A stretch of 64,000 bases of DNA, from assembly GCA_036172245.1 (NCBI GenBank), contig JAYWIR010000001.1:248001-312000 (forward strand). Reading direction: 5' to 3'. The notes beneath the pieces are model-generated. The model made no database searches. It had not been told where the DNA came from and worked only from the letters and a program-made list of their open reading frames with translations. The stretch is from Raillietiella orientalis. Lineage: Eukaryota. The position numbers and the translations under genes were made by a program. Position 1 is the first letter of the stretch, and each line of letters begins with the position of its first letter. Below are positions 25,917 to 38,800 of this stretch, piece after piece.

Positions 25917-26230
25917 GTGGCGCTCTCGCTGCTGGATGTGGACGTCTTCGTCTACTACTGCCTGGGGCTGGGGTCGGCGGTGTTCTTGCATGCGTCTGTC
26001 CTTCGCCTCGTCCCTCATCTACGACCTCCACCACCGGGAAGCGTGGCGCTTCCTCACCTGCGCGCCCGTTCGGGCGGGCGTCGTCCACGACACATTCAAT
26101 GCGCTCTTCCGGGGCGTCACCCTGGAGAGGGTGCACCGCTGGAGGTGAGTCCAGGTCGTCTACGTCGCCGAGATGCTTCCATGCTTCCTCTGGGCGTCGG
26201 TCAGCGACCTGCATCTCTTCCTCGCCCGGG
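25917..26230 (+). pseudogene. Rhomboid-family intramembrane protease pseudogene fragment
   Basis: VALSLLDVDVFVYYC, frameshift, then FASSLIYDLHHREAWRFLTCAPVRAGVVHDTFNALFRGVTLERVHRWR*VQVVYVAEMLPCFLWASVSDLHLFLA. This follows the rhomboid consensus LIY.P..R.EAWRF..Y...HAG..H..FN...G..LE.VH..WR...VY.AG...GSL..SV.DP...L.GASG. It has an in-frame TGA and has lost GxSG. Confidence 0.85.
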
Positions 26231-26899
26231 ACGCCGTCGCCTTCCCCTGATGCTTCCTGCTCGAAGAGTGATCGGGAGTTTTGTCGGCGAGCTCTCCTTC
26301 AAGGACGGGACAACGGCCTCCTCCCCGTTCCCTTGGAAACGGTCCCAGAGTGAGCGATCTCATTGCCTTGGTCCCCTCGTCCCATCCATCCCTGTGGATC
26401 TTCGGCCGGACTCGAAGCTGCGGTCGCAGCGGTGGATGGGGAAAAAGAAAGACTCGTACATGTAAGTACACTTGTACACACACTTGTGTGGCTTCGTTCC
26501 TTCCGTTTTTCAACAATCAGTGAGTCCTCTTGCCTTTCTTATCCAAGTGCTCCCTCGCAAGTACATGTACACATGCATATGTGTATACAACCACGAGTGC
26601 ACTTCAGCTTAGGCAACTGGAAAATCGTACGCCGAATCGGTCCGTTGCTTTCCCTCAGCCTCTCGCTCGATACTTCGCACCCGTCGTCCGCACTCGCGGC
26701 CGAAGGCGATTGAGAGTGACCAAAAGCAGCTGCACGCGAGACGAGGCTCCGCAGAGTTGCCGCACCGAACAGTCGAGGACCTCTTTCGAAGGGTCGCGCG
26801 CATCCCTCGGGGGACGAACTCTGGATTCGCACCACGGGGCAAGAGCGGCTTTCATGAGTGTGAATTCGCTCCTTCAAGTGAAATCGACCTCGAGGGGAC

Positions 26900-27560
26900 A
26901 GTTGTACACGAAAAGTACATTTGTGCACCAGCATATAAATGGCATGGTGACGAAGCAATTTCCGAGAAAGCTTCAGGCACGTGAAATTTAGAGATGAAGT
27001 CTTACTGCGCGCCGAGGTACCGCAGGCCATCGACGACGAACATGGTCCAGGGATCGTTTCCACTGCGTTACCGTCGATTTCAACACGTCTTGGATGCATG
27101 TGCTTCATGGCATCTGCGAAGAACCGGATGATCCAGGAGCAATGATGTGTGGTCAAGCATCGTTTACCGTCCGGTTACCGCTCTGCTGGCAAACTTGCTA
27201 CTTTGGGTGCGACCCCTCATCGAGAGGTGAAAGGAAACGCTCGTCATAAAGCTGTTAATGGTTTTGCCTCTTCGGAGCGAGGCTGCAACGGGACGGGATA
27301 TCTGCTGCTGCCATTTTTCTCCAGGTTCCACTTGATTGAAGGGAAATGATGATCCCCTTAAGATTAGCACGAGGCACCTGTCACGAACTCTTTAGACGAG
27401 CGAAGCTTTAATGAGCAGCTGTTAGATGGATTTTGAAGCACTTTGGACTGTCAACTGATTGTCACCTCAATCAAGATTGCGAAACTGACCTTGTAGGCAT
27501 CTCTTGCGGTTGACTTCACAGGTGTGCTCCATCGTGTGCCTTGCTTCTCGTAAGAGAAAG
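26900..27560 (-). mobile_element. hAT transposase relic
   Basis: QGTRWST...AYKVSFAILIEV...LKLRSSKEFV...FNQV follows the hAT TRW...L.E...L.S.EF...L pattern; multiple stops. Confidence 0.5.
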
Positions 27561-27589
27561 AAAATCGGAACTGGAGGAGGGGAACAAGG

Positions 27590-28742
27590 GGATTCGGTTC
27601 GGAAGATCCCGAACGCGAGATCGAGGCAGACCTTGGAAATAAACACACATGTTTCCTATGCACATGAATAGATACATTTATGCACAGGTTGGGGAGTGGA
27701 TTCACACTCATCAATATAAGACTGGGAATTCCTCATCTCGCCTTCCAGCACGCGGCAAACGGAAGCTCCTCAACAATCGAGGAATTTTATTTTGGCCATC
27801 TGGATCGATCGATAAATCCGCATCTGCGATTCCATGGTTATACATCCGTTTCACATGCATTTATTACATATATAAACATATATAATAAACGCATATGTGT
27901 ATTTTTTATGCAATCTTTCTCATTGCTTATTTATTAATAATTTTGTGAAAATAAGTTTGTATATGTATCTATAAGTATACTTTTACATAGTATTTATAGT
28001 ATATATTACTCTATACTTTGATCTATATGTAAATTTATATAAGAAACATGTGTATTCATTTTTTTATGATCTTTATAATATGCCATTTGCCTATATATTG
28101 ATCTATATCATGAATATGATAATATATAATAAACATATAATTCACCACATTAATATCTAAAGTTAACATGTACATGTATATTATCTTAATAATATGTATT
28201 AATCTATCTGCAATATACATATATATATTCATATATATATTCATTTATATATATATATATAATGAACACATTATGAATTATATTAATAACATGCATATTA
28301 ATAAATATTAATAAATGCATGTGTTAAAATCGCTTGATCAATGGATATTCTTTTAATTTGATTTTGTGTATACACATGCATTTATGATATATATATATAT
28401 AATAAACACATGTATTTATTTTTACAATATTAATTAGATACCAACACATAAAATAAATTTACATATCAATATATGTATATATATACATATACAAATTTAT
28501 TTTAACCTACATATCATTGAAGTAATTAATAATGTGTGTATATATATAAAGAGTAGCATATATTATAAACATCATAAAAAATAGATATGCTTAGTATGTA
28601 TATTATTATATGTAATTATACTTTTTATAATGTATATCACTCTATACATTAACCCATATGTAAATACCCATGTTAGTGTACATAATAAACATGTGTACTT
28701 GGTTTTCCTGATCGCTCGAGGTTTCTACGTTGGGCACTTCGG
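27590..28742. mobile_element. AT-rich foldback/MITE-like element, core in - orientation
   Basis: Starts GGTTCGGAAGATCCCGAACGCGAGATC; decayed reverse core at about 27720-27815. Confidence 0.65.
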
Positions 28743-28974
28743 TGCGCACCGGAAGCAGAGGATGAGGAAAAACGCGCGTCAATTCCTAGAATGGTGCTGC
28801 CACTCTGGCTGCTGCGAAGGTGGGAAGAAATTCCCGCACTACTCGGAAACGCTGCCCGAAAAAAAGGGGGGGGAATACTTAAACGGATGTGTCGAGGGAC
28901 GGAAGTGTTTCATAGGGAGCCGTGTCATCGCAAATGCGTTACGAACATCAGACGGCGGTGGACAAGCCTTTTCT

Positions 28975-29540
28975 TTAAAGGGCCAATAGCGACCCCACGG
29001 GGAGGTCGCTGCCATCGGCCTAGGATGGTGGAAATCTCTTTGGGTTCTCCTCTTTCCTTCCAGATGTCTTTTTTTTTTCTTCTGGTTCTCAGGGCGTGCT
29101 GAAGAACCGTTCTTCTCCTTACGGTAGGCTGACGAAGTTCTTTGACACGGTCCACGCCACCCGAGGGGGCGTGTCACTCTTCAAGTTGGGGTGAACAACT
29201 CTGGAGGAATCACCTTTGAATGCAGGAATGCTCCGGAGAAAGGAGTGAATTCCTCTCTTATGCTTAAGAGGGAACCCCCGCCCTAGTTGCCTCCAGAGGG
29301 AACCCCGAAGGGAACCGCTCCTGGAATTTTTCCTCCAAAAAGAACCCTGGGGAAAACAGCGCACTTCTTGCACTCTGGAGAGGCAACCCCCCACCCCCAC
29401 CCCTTCTTAGGCGGATATCAGCCGACTGCACGTCACGGCTCCATTTCCCCAACCGGAAGGGAAACCTTCCTCCTTGGCTCCTGGAGGGATCCCGCAGGGT
29501 CGACTTCCAATCCGGGCCAGCCAATGGGGCCGTCCGGCTT
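28975..29540 (-). mobile_element. SINE copy (3' two-thirds)
   Basis: Reverse complement of 25640-25875 and of the family body. Confidence 0.7.
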
Positions 29541-30439
29541 CCAACAGTTCTTCACCCGAAGAGAACCGAAGCCAAGCTCCATCTACCGGGTGGTTTGTGA
29601 ACGAAGGAATCAGCGAAGCGGTGGCGGTGGCAGTTCCATGGACAAACCTAGTGTGGTAGGACCACGTGTCCTACCACAATATATGCGTTTGTTTTAAATT
29701 TTAATAAGCGCCCTGACTTGCGCGGGTGGAAATCGGAGGCAACCAGGGCGAGGGTTCCCTCCCAAGCATAAGAGGAACGGACTCTCTCCAGAGCGTTCTT
29801 GGATTCATAGGGCCCCAAGCTCCAGTGTCGTCCTGCGGAGAGAACTCGAAACTCACGACGCATCTCCCATTTCTCAGCATCCATCCTTCCCCAGGAGGGA
29901 TTCGAATCCGCACCGCTTGGTACCGCGCTCGGAAGCTGCAGATACGCGGCCGCCAGCGCAAGGACCCAAACGAAAATAGGTCCGGGGGTTACCCTTCCTG
30001 CGCGTCGCAAAGACCGCGGTGGGGTTTCCCCTCGTGCGATTTGCGGGAACAGTGACCGCCTATCCGCAGAGAGAAACGCCTCAGCTATTCCACAGTGCCT
30101 TCCAGACGTGGGGGTTCTTTAGGAGCATGACTTTCCGAGGACTCCTGGGACGTGGAACGTGTTTGAAAGATGCACGGCCCATAGTGTCCCACGTTCACCT
30201 TTATGAGTCCCTACGACGTGTTTTCTGCTGCTTCCCTTTCTATCCTTGGAACCGAAGCAAGCAAATGGGACGTTCGCAGCCCGGAAGTCGCCCTCAGTTT
30301 GCTTCCCCGTGCACCTCCTCCTCTTAGCTGAGGCGTCTTCAGGAGATCGAAGCACGGAAACGTCAGCTGGACATCAGCAGTCTGCCAGAGGCAAGGAAAT
30401 GAGAAGAGCTTCCGGTGTGGCGCGGCAGCTTCGCGAAAT

Positions 30440-30841
30440 ATGCAAAACCGCCAATTTGGATTTCAATCGATTCTCAGTTTAATGAAGTCCATGAATTGCC
30501 TTATCATACGCATTTCAGTTCCGTCAGTTTTGTCTTTTTGTTTTTTTTTCCGCATGGGTCTCCGTGAAGCACTCCTACAGCAATGTCGAGTCGCATCAAA
30601 AGCACTTTTTTTCTTTTTTTAATGCCAAAAAAATGGTCCCAATTTTTTCGCAGCTGCTCTGCCATCTTTTTACAAAGAGTCTCCCTACTCCCGCTTTCAT
30701 ACCTTTTCATACTCTATAGCAATATCTATAATAAACACATATATTGAATTAATAATGTACATTTATCTACATATAAATTTATATGTTGATACATATGATG
30801 AGCATATATGCTCATTTTTAAGATTTTCGGGATTTTGATCG
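30440..30841. mobile_element. Partial AT-rich foldback element (right arm)
   Basis: Ends AAGATTTTCGGGATTTTGATCG; family subrepeats present. Confidence 0.5.
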
Positions 30842-32772
30842 CAAGGGATAATCCCCACCGCTTACTTTCCCTTTCGAATCCCTCCGTGAAGATCATCCAT
30901 CAGTTGAGTGCCTGAGAATCATCAGCACTGCTGCCTCTGCTTCTTTTCATGTGTTGTGCTTCCTCATCTTTGCAGCCCGCGAAAGCTTTTCATACTCGAG
31001 CATTTTTTCTTGGTGCTGTTATGCGATGGGAGGAGCACTTGGCAGCCCTGCCTGAGGCAGGAGAGTTTCCTCCGTTCGCAGCCCCCCCCTTCCTCCCGTG
31101 TCTACGTTCGTGTCCGCTCGCCCCTCGTTTGCACCAACGTCGATTCCCTCGTCCTCAAATCACCCGGCAGATGGGGCCTGCGCGCGCACGTAGGAACGAA
31201 ATGGAAATCTTCCCAGCAGCTGATTTCTGCTCCAGAGGGACGTGCGGAAGAGTTCGGCTGGAGCCTGGCCACTGATCCGGGGGGATGCGCAGGGTGCCTG
31301 CGCGGGCCCCTCCTCTCCCTCGAGCCGCTCAGGGCGCCCGTGGGCAGGAAAAAGCTCCCGTGTTTCGCTTCCCCGACTGACTGACCGCTCCCTAAGAAAT
31401 CCCCGCGTTTCCATCATCCGAATTTTCTCAGGCGGAAACCCCACGACTGCGCGCCGAGCGCACCAAACCTTCCGGAAAACAACCCGAAAACCCCCCGCCT
31501 TGCGCATGCGCCCTTGAGGAACCCGCCGCGTCTTTTCCCCTCTTCTCCCGTGCCGGTCTTTCCCCTGCCTGCGGGTCTTTGGAAGATCGTCTCCAGAAGA
31601 ACGCTGAGACCTGGAAAGCAGCAGAGTGCTTTTCTTCCGTGTTGCGCCGCCCTACACAACGGCAACGCCCAAACTCACCTCAGAAGGGAGAAAGAAAAAG
31701 GCACGGAGTTACAAGAAAAGTAGGAAGAGACGGGAGAATGATCCTTCCAAGCAGAAAGAAGGCAGGTGGACAAGAGAGCCGGGAGGACATTCTTCCGCGG
31801 TGCGAGCATTCCAGACGAGCAGTCCGACAAGCAGCGACCAAAGACGGAGACGTTCCGGCTCCAGCGAAGGCATAGTTTCCACCATTTTACCAGAAATTAT
31901 TGGCTCCGAAACGGGAATGCATCCCACTCTCTTGTTCTTCTTCAGCTCAGTACCGCGCTGGAAGCTCCCGAACTGCTACGAAGACAGAAAAGGCATAAGC
32001 AGATGTTTGCTCTACTCCTTACATTAAGAGAAAGGTACGTTTGAGAGGACCAAATGCGAAAGACTGCAATCAAAAGAAAAAAAGGGGGGGATGTTGTCAT
32101 GTCATGCCACACGTCCAATAAGACGGACAGCTCAAGTCGCTAGTGGTCCTCCTCCCTTCCTTCTCCTCCTCCTCCTCTTCCCCCTCTTCTTCCTGCTCGC
32201 TGCAAGTGGACCTTGGGAAGAAATTACAATGAAACAGAAATGGATTTCCATTTGGGTGACAGTGGACACGTGCGCTTTCTTCACCGCATAAGCCAGAAGT
32301 GATTGACATAGTAAGAGTGATCCCTCCTCCTCGCACCAGCGGCAGAGTCCTTCAGATGTACAAGTCACTGCGAACCATGGAGCGGTGGAAGAGCCCCTGA
32401 GCATTCCTGCAACAAACTGACATCCGTCTCTTTTTCCCTTTCTTCATTTCGACCCGTCCGCTGCCACCTGGGTTTCAAGGCCCATGGTCATTTTCATGGG
32501 ACTGCCTCTTGCTTGCCTGTGGCGTTCGAAGACGACTCGACCGAGGAGCTTCCCGGCTTGAGCTCGGTCAAAAGACGGAGGCACGGAAGACGAAGCTGCG
32601 ACCCGCACGGCGCGAGATTTAAGGGAGCGCGCGCTGCCCGACATGCCTTCGGGCTTCTTTGCAGTCCTTCCAGGCCAAGAAGAACTGAATTCGAAACGGT
32701 ACGAGACGACGAACACGAATCCAGGGAATTTCATCTGACTTGCGTTTACGAGGTGTGCAGCCTTCCGTGCCC

Positions 32773-34087
32773 GTCGAAACGCCGCCAGCCCATAAAAAAA
32801 CGAAATGCATATTTGTAATATACGTGTATATGCGTATATTTGCATACAGATTATTAGAGAGAGTAATCTACATTATGAAAATCATAACAAATAGATACAT
32901 TGCTGAATATGTATATACTAACGCACATATATTTATATGTGGATTAATATACAAGTTTACTTTAGCACGCGCATTCATCAATGTACATATTACTAGTAGT
33001 AATATTATTTTAACCTATATATTCAATATTTACTAACATTCATATTTTAATATATTTAATACGTTTATTGTATAGAGATTAATACATATTCTAAAGATTA
33101 TGAAAATGAAATATTTTATGTATGCTGATGTATGTATTTCTGTATAAATTACTATCACATTTATTTTAACGCACATACTTATTACCATAATTACTATATA
33201 TTATTAGCATACGTAGTGAAGGTGACGAAAAATAAATGCACATGTTTATGATGTACATTTACGTGTACTTACACACCTAATAAATATATTCTAAATGAAT
33301 ATGTAAGTATGGAATTAGAAACATATTTATTGATAAATTGATCGAAAACCTGAAAACGAAATTCGTCATTTCCTGAGGAATTTTGATTTGTTGAGTGTTG
33401 CCAATGGCAGGAAAATGAGATGCCAAATTTCTTTTTCGTTTTACTTTTTTTTTCTCCCTCATTTTCAATTGTCAGTATTTTGTTTTATTTTCTACAAATC
33501 AACATTTATGTATGCATTTCATATATATATTCATTATATACATAAATATAAATTAATGTACATAATTAAAGTATTTATCTATGTTTTGAAATCTTCCCCA
33601 TATATATTAATACGTATTATTACTTATGTGAATACGTATGCATGTTAAAATAAATTTCCATATGTAAATACATATATTTTAATATATATAATGAGGACAT
33701 ATGTTTACTTTTTATAATATATACCTCTCCATAGAAATACGTATGTTAGTGAGCACATGATTAATGATTTTAAAGTAACACATATGTTTGTTTTTTATAA
33801 ACTTTAATATATATTAAGGATATATTAATGCAATTTATTAATTACGTCAACAGTATAAATATTAATCACTTTGCATGTTTAAATAAATTGGTATAATATA
33901 TATGTACATGTAAATATATATATGTATTATTATGCGTAATGAGAGGATATATGTTTATTTTTTATAATCTTTACAATATATATTAACCTTTGTGTTGAAC
34001 TATATATAGAATAATTGCCATACACAATAAGTGTGTACGATTGTTATTAATGACATTTCGGGATTTTGATCGTTCAAATCCCGAAAC
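32773..34087. mobile_element. AT-rich foldback/MITE-like element, core in + orientation
   Basis: Core at about 33340-33440; ends TTTCGGGATTTTGATCGTTCAAATCCCGAAA. Confidence 0.8.
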
Positions 34088-34849
34088 TTCAGTGGCGAAG
34101 TTTCTTCAGCTTTCCTGGTCAGAGTTTTCACCTTCGCAACATTGGTGCAAGGAGCTTTCGCAGCAGGCCTCGCGAAACTGGAGCCACGGAAATCCTGCTG
34201 GCCCCAACGATCGACCCATGGAAGACTTGGCTTGATAGCAAACACGAGATACACCAATCCAGCATCAGCTTCGTCACGAGATAAAGCCACCCAGATCGAC
34301 CCGTGGAAGACTTCCTGCTGGGGCTCCCAGTGTGTTCTTCTCCGGCGTAAGAACTCCGCTGCTCGGACAAGCTTTCTTCTGCAGCTTATTACACACCTTC
34401 GCTGCACACTGCTTTCCGAAAGGTTATAGCCGACACTTTTCCCATGCAGGGTTGCCATGTTCTAAAAGATCGTCTTCCGTTTCACAATTCTGGGCTGGAA
34501 TCCCCCTCGGTTGAGAAAACCCCGGTTCTTCGGGAGTCCGAACTTTGCTCTTCAGAGCCCCGTTTCCGTTCATCGCGAGCTCCACGTTCTCCCCGTCCGG
34601 GTCTCGGGCATTTGCTGGCGCGAGAAGACGCGAAAAAAGACATTTCAAGAACCCTTGAACGAGGCCCCAGGAAAGCTACTCGAAGCACATTCCAGTGGCA
34701 GTTTCCACGTGGCCAAGCATGTGCCCTCATCATTCTGGATTCTCTTTTTACCGCACCTTTGCTCTCGGCAACGACAGCCTCCACCTGCTTCCACGCGCAT
34801 CGTCTCTTGGATGCCGGGGTTCTCCTCCATCCGTAGCGGCGGGCAGTTT

Positions 34850-35700
34850 GCTGGATGGCGGCGATACAGGACGTTGGGAGCGAGCAGGTTGAAAACGCTC
34901 TCCGACTACGCAGCAGTGGTACAGAGAGAGGCGTGCGACTGCATGCCGTCCTGTGGTCACGTGGACCAACCCTGCGGGTCGGTCCCTCACTCGTTGCGCT
35001 CTTTCGCGGCGCGCTCGTGGTTTGCCCGGAACGGGATCTGCTGTTTGTCCGTGCAGGATGGCGTTTTCTCGGGAATTTTTCCGAAGGGGGCGGCCCCACC
35101 CCAAGATGTCTTCCGCCCTACAAGGCATGAGTGCTCGCTGCGGCACTCGCGTGAAGGCGAGCTGCAAGCGGCTTCCAGGCAAATCGAACGGGAATCCGCG
35201 GCAGCGGGAATTCTTCACGAGGTGGAAGGGAGGTCGACCCTGCAAAGCTCTCCAAAGCTCTCTTTCTTCCCGCTCTCTCAAAAAAAAGGAGGAAGAAGGG
35301 GAGCGGGGGGGGGGGGGAACGAGGGTTTCCTGATCCCTGCTGCCGCATGGAGGCTCTCGCAAAGAGATTGCCATCCAGCTTCATTTCTTGAGATGGCTTG
35401 CACCTCTTTGTGGCCTCGGGGACCAGCTCTTTCTCCTCGGACGACTGTTTGAGGTTTCCTTGATTCTGTTCGAAGGTGTCTTTTTTTTTTTTATGGGGAG
35501 GGGAGAGACATTTGAGGTGGGCCGTCTGTCTTTAGGAGTGCCAGCTCCCCATTCGGACAGAGGAAATCTTCGCCTTTCCTCGGACGGAGGGGGGACCGAT
35601 GCGATCACGACCTTCAGAGGTGAGGAATCCCCTGAAACCCTCCACTGTGGAGGCTGATCTATAGTCCAATCGGCCGTCTGGAGTGCGAGGAACCCAGGGA
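34850..35700 (-). mobile_element. CR1/L2-group LINE RT relic
   Basis: NQGNLKQSS resembles Q.GN.K..ST; GFPFDLP is shared with the copy at about 52140. Confidence 0.45.
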
Positions 35701-37589
35701 AAGTGCAGAGCGCGAACAACCCCACCCCTTTTCGCCGGGGCTGAAATGGGCAACTGCCTGACCCCCATGATCCACTCTTCTCGATCCCTGTGGAGAGTAT
35801 CCCCCCCTCCTTCCCGCAGGGCTGATCACCGCACCTTTGCTCCCCTAAGGAACAGCGGTGCTGCTGCTGGCTGCCCTTCTTTGACGCACAGGCAGAAGAC
35901 TTCCGGTTCCTCCTTATCGCCTTCTTCTGGAACCACGTGGTCTCACGAAGAACCTCCCTCGGCTGGAGAGCCACGCTCTCCGCGAGGCTGCGGAGCCCGT
36001 TTCCCAAGCCCCCAGATGAGAAGCTCTCCTCGGGTTCAGAGGTCACGCGATCGAGCCCGGCGCGCAGGACGACTTTCCCGGGCCGGCGTTTGCCGACGAA
36101 AACGCCGGGCGTGCCAGCCAATCGGAGGGTTCCGTTCGTGCGTGCCACGCCTGCCGGTTCCATCTTTGATCTCGGAAAAGGTCACAGGAGATTTCTCCTC
36201 GGACGCTATCATTATCCTGCGGGGTGTGCCCCGCGACCTCCCACGACCCTGAGAGCGTCCGCGTTCCCTTCCCACTCCCCGATTTGCTTTCCGATTATCC
36301 CGAAACGCCGAACTGATTCGTGCGTGAAGGGGGGGGGGGGTATCGCCGCCTGGCCCCGAAATGCCCGACCTCTTCGGCTGCCTCAACGCGGCCTCTGCCG
36401 TGTCCACGCCGAAGTTCATCGGACCCGCCGGAAAGCGAAGCACTACCGTGCCGAATCTTCCGCGAAGATCAGGCGGGGTGCTGCTGGCGTCCAGCGGATC
36501 TGGGGTCTTCGCGTCCACGCCGGAGGGTGGCTGAGATTCGGCAGGTGTTTTGAGGCGGAGCGCCGACTTCTTCCCTCTGGACCCGTTCCGATCCCGCTGG
36601 CCACCGGTAGTCTCAGTCTGCCTCTTCCTCTCCCCCTGCTGGCCTCTGAAGAGTGCCAGGGTCTTCCAGGTCGAAACTCCGAACGCCAGCGTCGTCTCTC
36701 CCGTACACACACAAAAAGAATATACTGTACATTCGCTCATACCAACGTACTGTGCGCGTATTTAGCGTGAAATTCCTAGCCAATGAGGAACCCATACCCA
36801 GCGCGACGCCTGCGTACGAACAGGAGCATCGCAGCCGACGCGGTCGAACCCGCCGATCAGACTTTCGGCGGAAACCTCGAAAGTTACGGCCGAGAGACCC
36901 AGCTCGCCCTCCCTCGTAAGAGAATTCGAGTTCTGCGACCCCGCCCCGATGCGAAGCGGAGAGCTCGTACGCGGCGAGACGGACTCCCCGCTCGAGGGAG
37001 GCTCGCGGAGCGGCAGCTTCCCCGCTACAGGGAGGCATGCCTCTCCGTGCACTCGAAGCAAGGAAAAGGAGGTTTAGACGGGAGGTCTTCCTGCTTGCCG
37101 CAAGAGAGCAACAGCGTTTGGCACATGAAGCAGCGCCAGCAGAGAAAGCCAGCGTGAAGTGGGAGGAAGTCCTGCTATCTCCCCTATCCTCTCGTTCCTC
37201 TTCGACCGCTCCTGAGGATTTCCATGTAGGTTTTCCCCCTCCTCTCCCATCACGGGCGGAGGACCGACCGGTACACCCAGGAGACCGGTGCTGAGAACCT
37301 TCTCAGCATCAGGGAGTCCCGTCGCGCTCCTGGGATCCCGGCAGTTCCTCGTTTCCTGGGTTCCGAGATCCTGGCATTTGCTCCTCGCTGCAGCCAACTC
37401 CTCACTGCTCCTCCTCCTTCTTCTGCGCCCGTCTTCCGACGCCGCTGGCGAACACCCTCTGGGCGAGCGAGGTGCTGGCGCCCTTCTCCGTGAAGAAGTC
37501 GTCTGCAGCTGGGGGCCTGCTCCGGACATGACCTGGCGGGAGCCGCCAGCTGCCGGTGTTCCGCTGCCTCCCTTCCAGACTTTGTCTCT

Positions 37590-38120
37590 TTTTTTGGTTC
37601 TGCAAGCGCCGAAGAACCCCTCGCCCCCTCAGGGGACGGAGTCACGAAACTCTTTGACGCTGTCCACGCCAACCGAGGATGCGTGTCAATCCTTCACGTT
37701 TAGGGGGTGACCCCACACGGAATATCCTACGAATCCAGGAAGGGGTCCAGAGGAAGGAGTCCGTTCCTCCCAAGCTCGGTAGGCAACACTGAAGGGAACC
37801 ACCCTCTTCCCCATTCTCTTCGGAGAGACCCTCCTCTTCCTTCCCCGAAGAGAACTCCAGAGGGACGCTCTCCTATTTCTCTGGAGGGAGCTCCCAGAAA
37901 AGAGCTGCGCGCTTCTTCTCAACACTCTGGAGAGACGACTCCCCGAGGTAGGCATCAACCAGCTCCGTGTTGCTCGATGGAGGGTCCTCTCCAAAGTGGT
38001 GGACGGTCCGTTTTTTCCCACCGGAGGGGAACCCTGAAGGTCTCCTTGGTTCCTGGAAGGACCCCAGAGGGGTCAGCTCCCAATCTCGGAAGCCAGTCAA
38101 CGGGGCATCCGGTCCTTCCG
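37590..38120 (-). mobile_element. SINE copy
   Basis: Family blocks CTCTTTGACGCTGTCCACGCC and ACACTCTGGAGAG. Confidence 0.65.
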
Positions 38121-38299
38121 CCAGTGCCGCCGCCCCCGAAGCCAACCGAGGCCAGCCAGAGCCATTCTGCGGCTCCCGGTGCCGCGCGCGGGGAGGCCAC
38201 AGCCTCAGGGCCACCAGCGCGGGCAACGGCCGGCGTCTCGGTGCAGGTTTTCTGGTCGGGGCCTTCCAGCTCTTCCCGCCGTCCCTCCGCATTCAAATA

Positions 38300-38800
38300 G
38301 CTTGAGGGCGCTCCTCACCTTGCTGGCCTCTGGTGACGGGCCCCTCCCCCGGCGAGCGATGCCAGCGAGGGTCGAGCCGCTCCGGCAGGAACGAAAGCCG
38401 CGAGCGCGAAGGCGCCGTCCATAGTCGGACAGAAGTGCCCCGAAGGGGTACGCTGGAGCAGCGCCGGCGTCTCGTGACCCGGGTGGTCCGCGCAGAAGAG
38501 GGGATGCTGCGCCCGAACCGGAGGTCTCGCACCGCCTACCTCTGGAGCTCCCTTCGGACTTGGCTCCCCGGACGCTCGCCTACCAGAGGCTCGACCGGGA
38601 CTGCCGGGGATGTGCTCCGCCTGTCGGTCGGGGAGGGTGAACACCGGAGTCTGCCCGCGTCTGGAGTGCCTCTCAGCGACTCCTTCGTCGCCGAACGCCC
38701 ACCACACGAGGATGACAGACAACCTGGATTGGAGACTCGGAATCCAGTATCAGGAGAAACCCTCTCGCCGCACCTTCAACGTGCCCGCCTCAGCGGGAGA
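38300..38800 (+). mobile_element. Mutator-like (MULE) transposase C-terminal relic
   Basis: ELPSDLAPRTLAY...CPRLECLS...TRMTDNLDWR...KP...TF resembles the MULE P..W.V...RTNN..E.WH....P...F pattern; frameshifted. Confidence 0.35.

Noticed and set aside
26145..26150. GTGAGT as a splice donor ending the rhomboid exon
   Set aside because: Rhomboid homology continues in frame past it (V.VVY.A...SVSD), so it is better read as a nonsense mutation.
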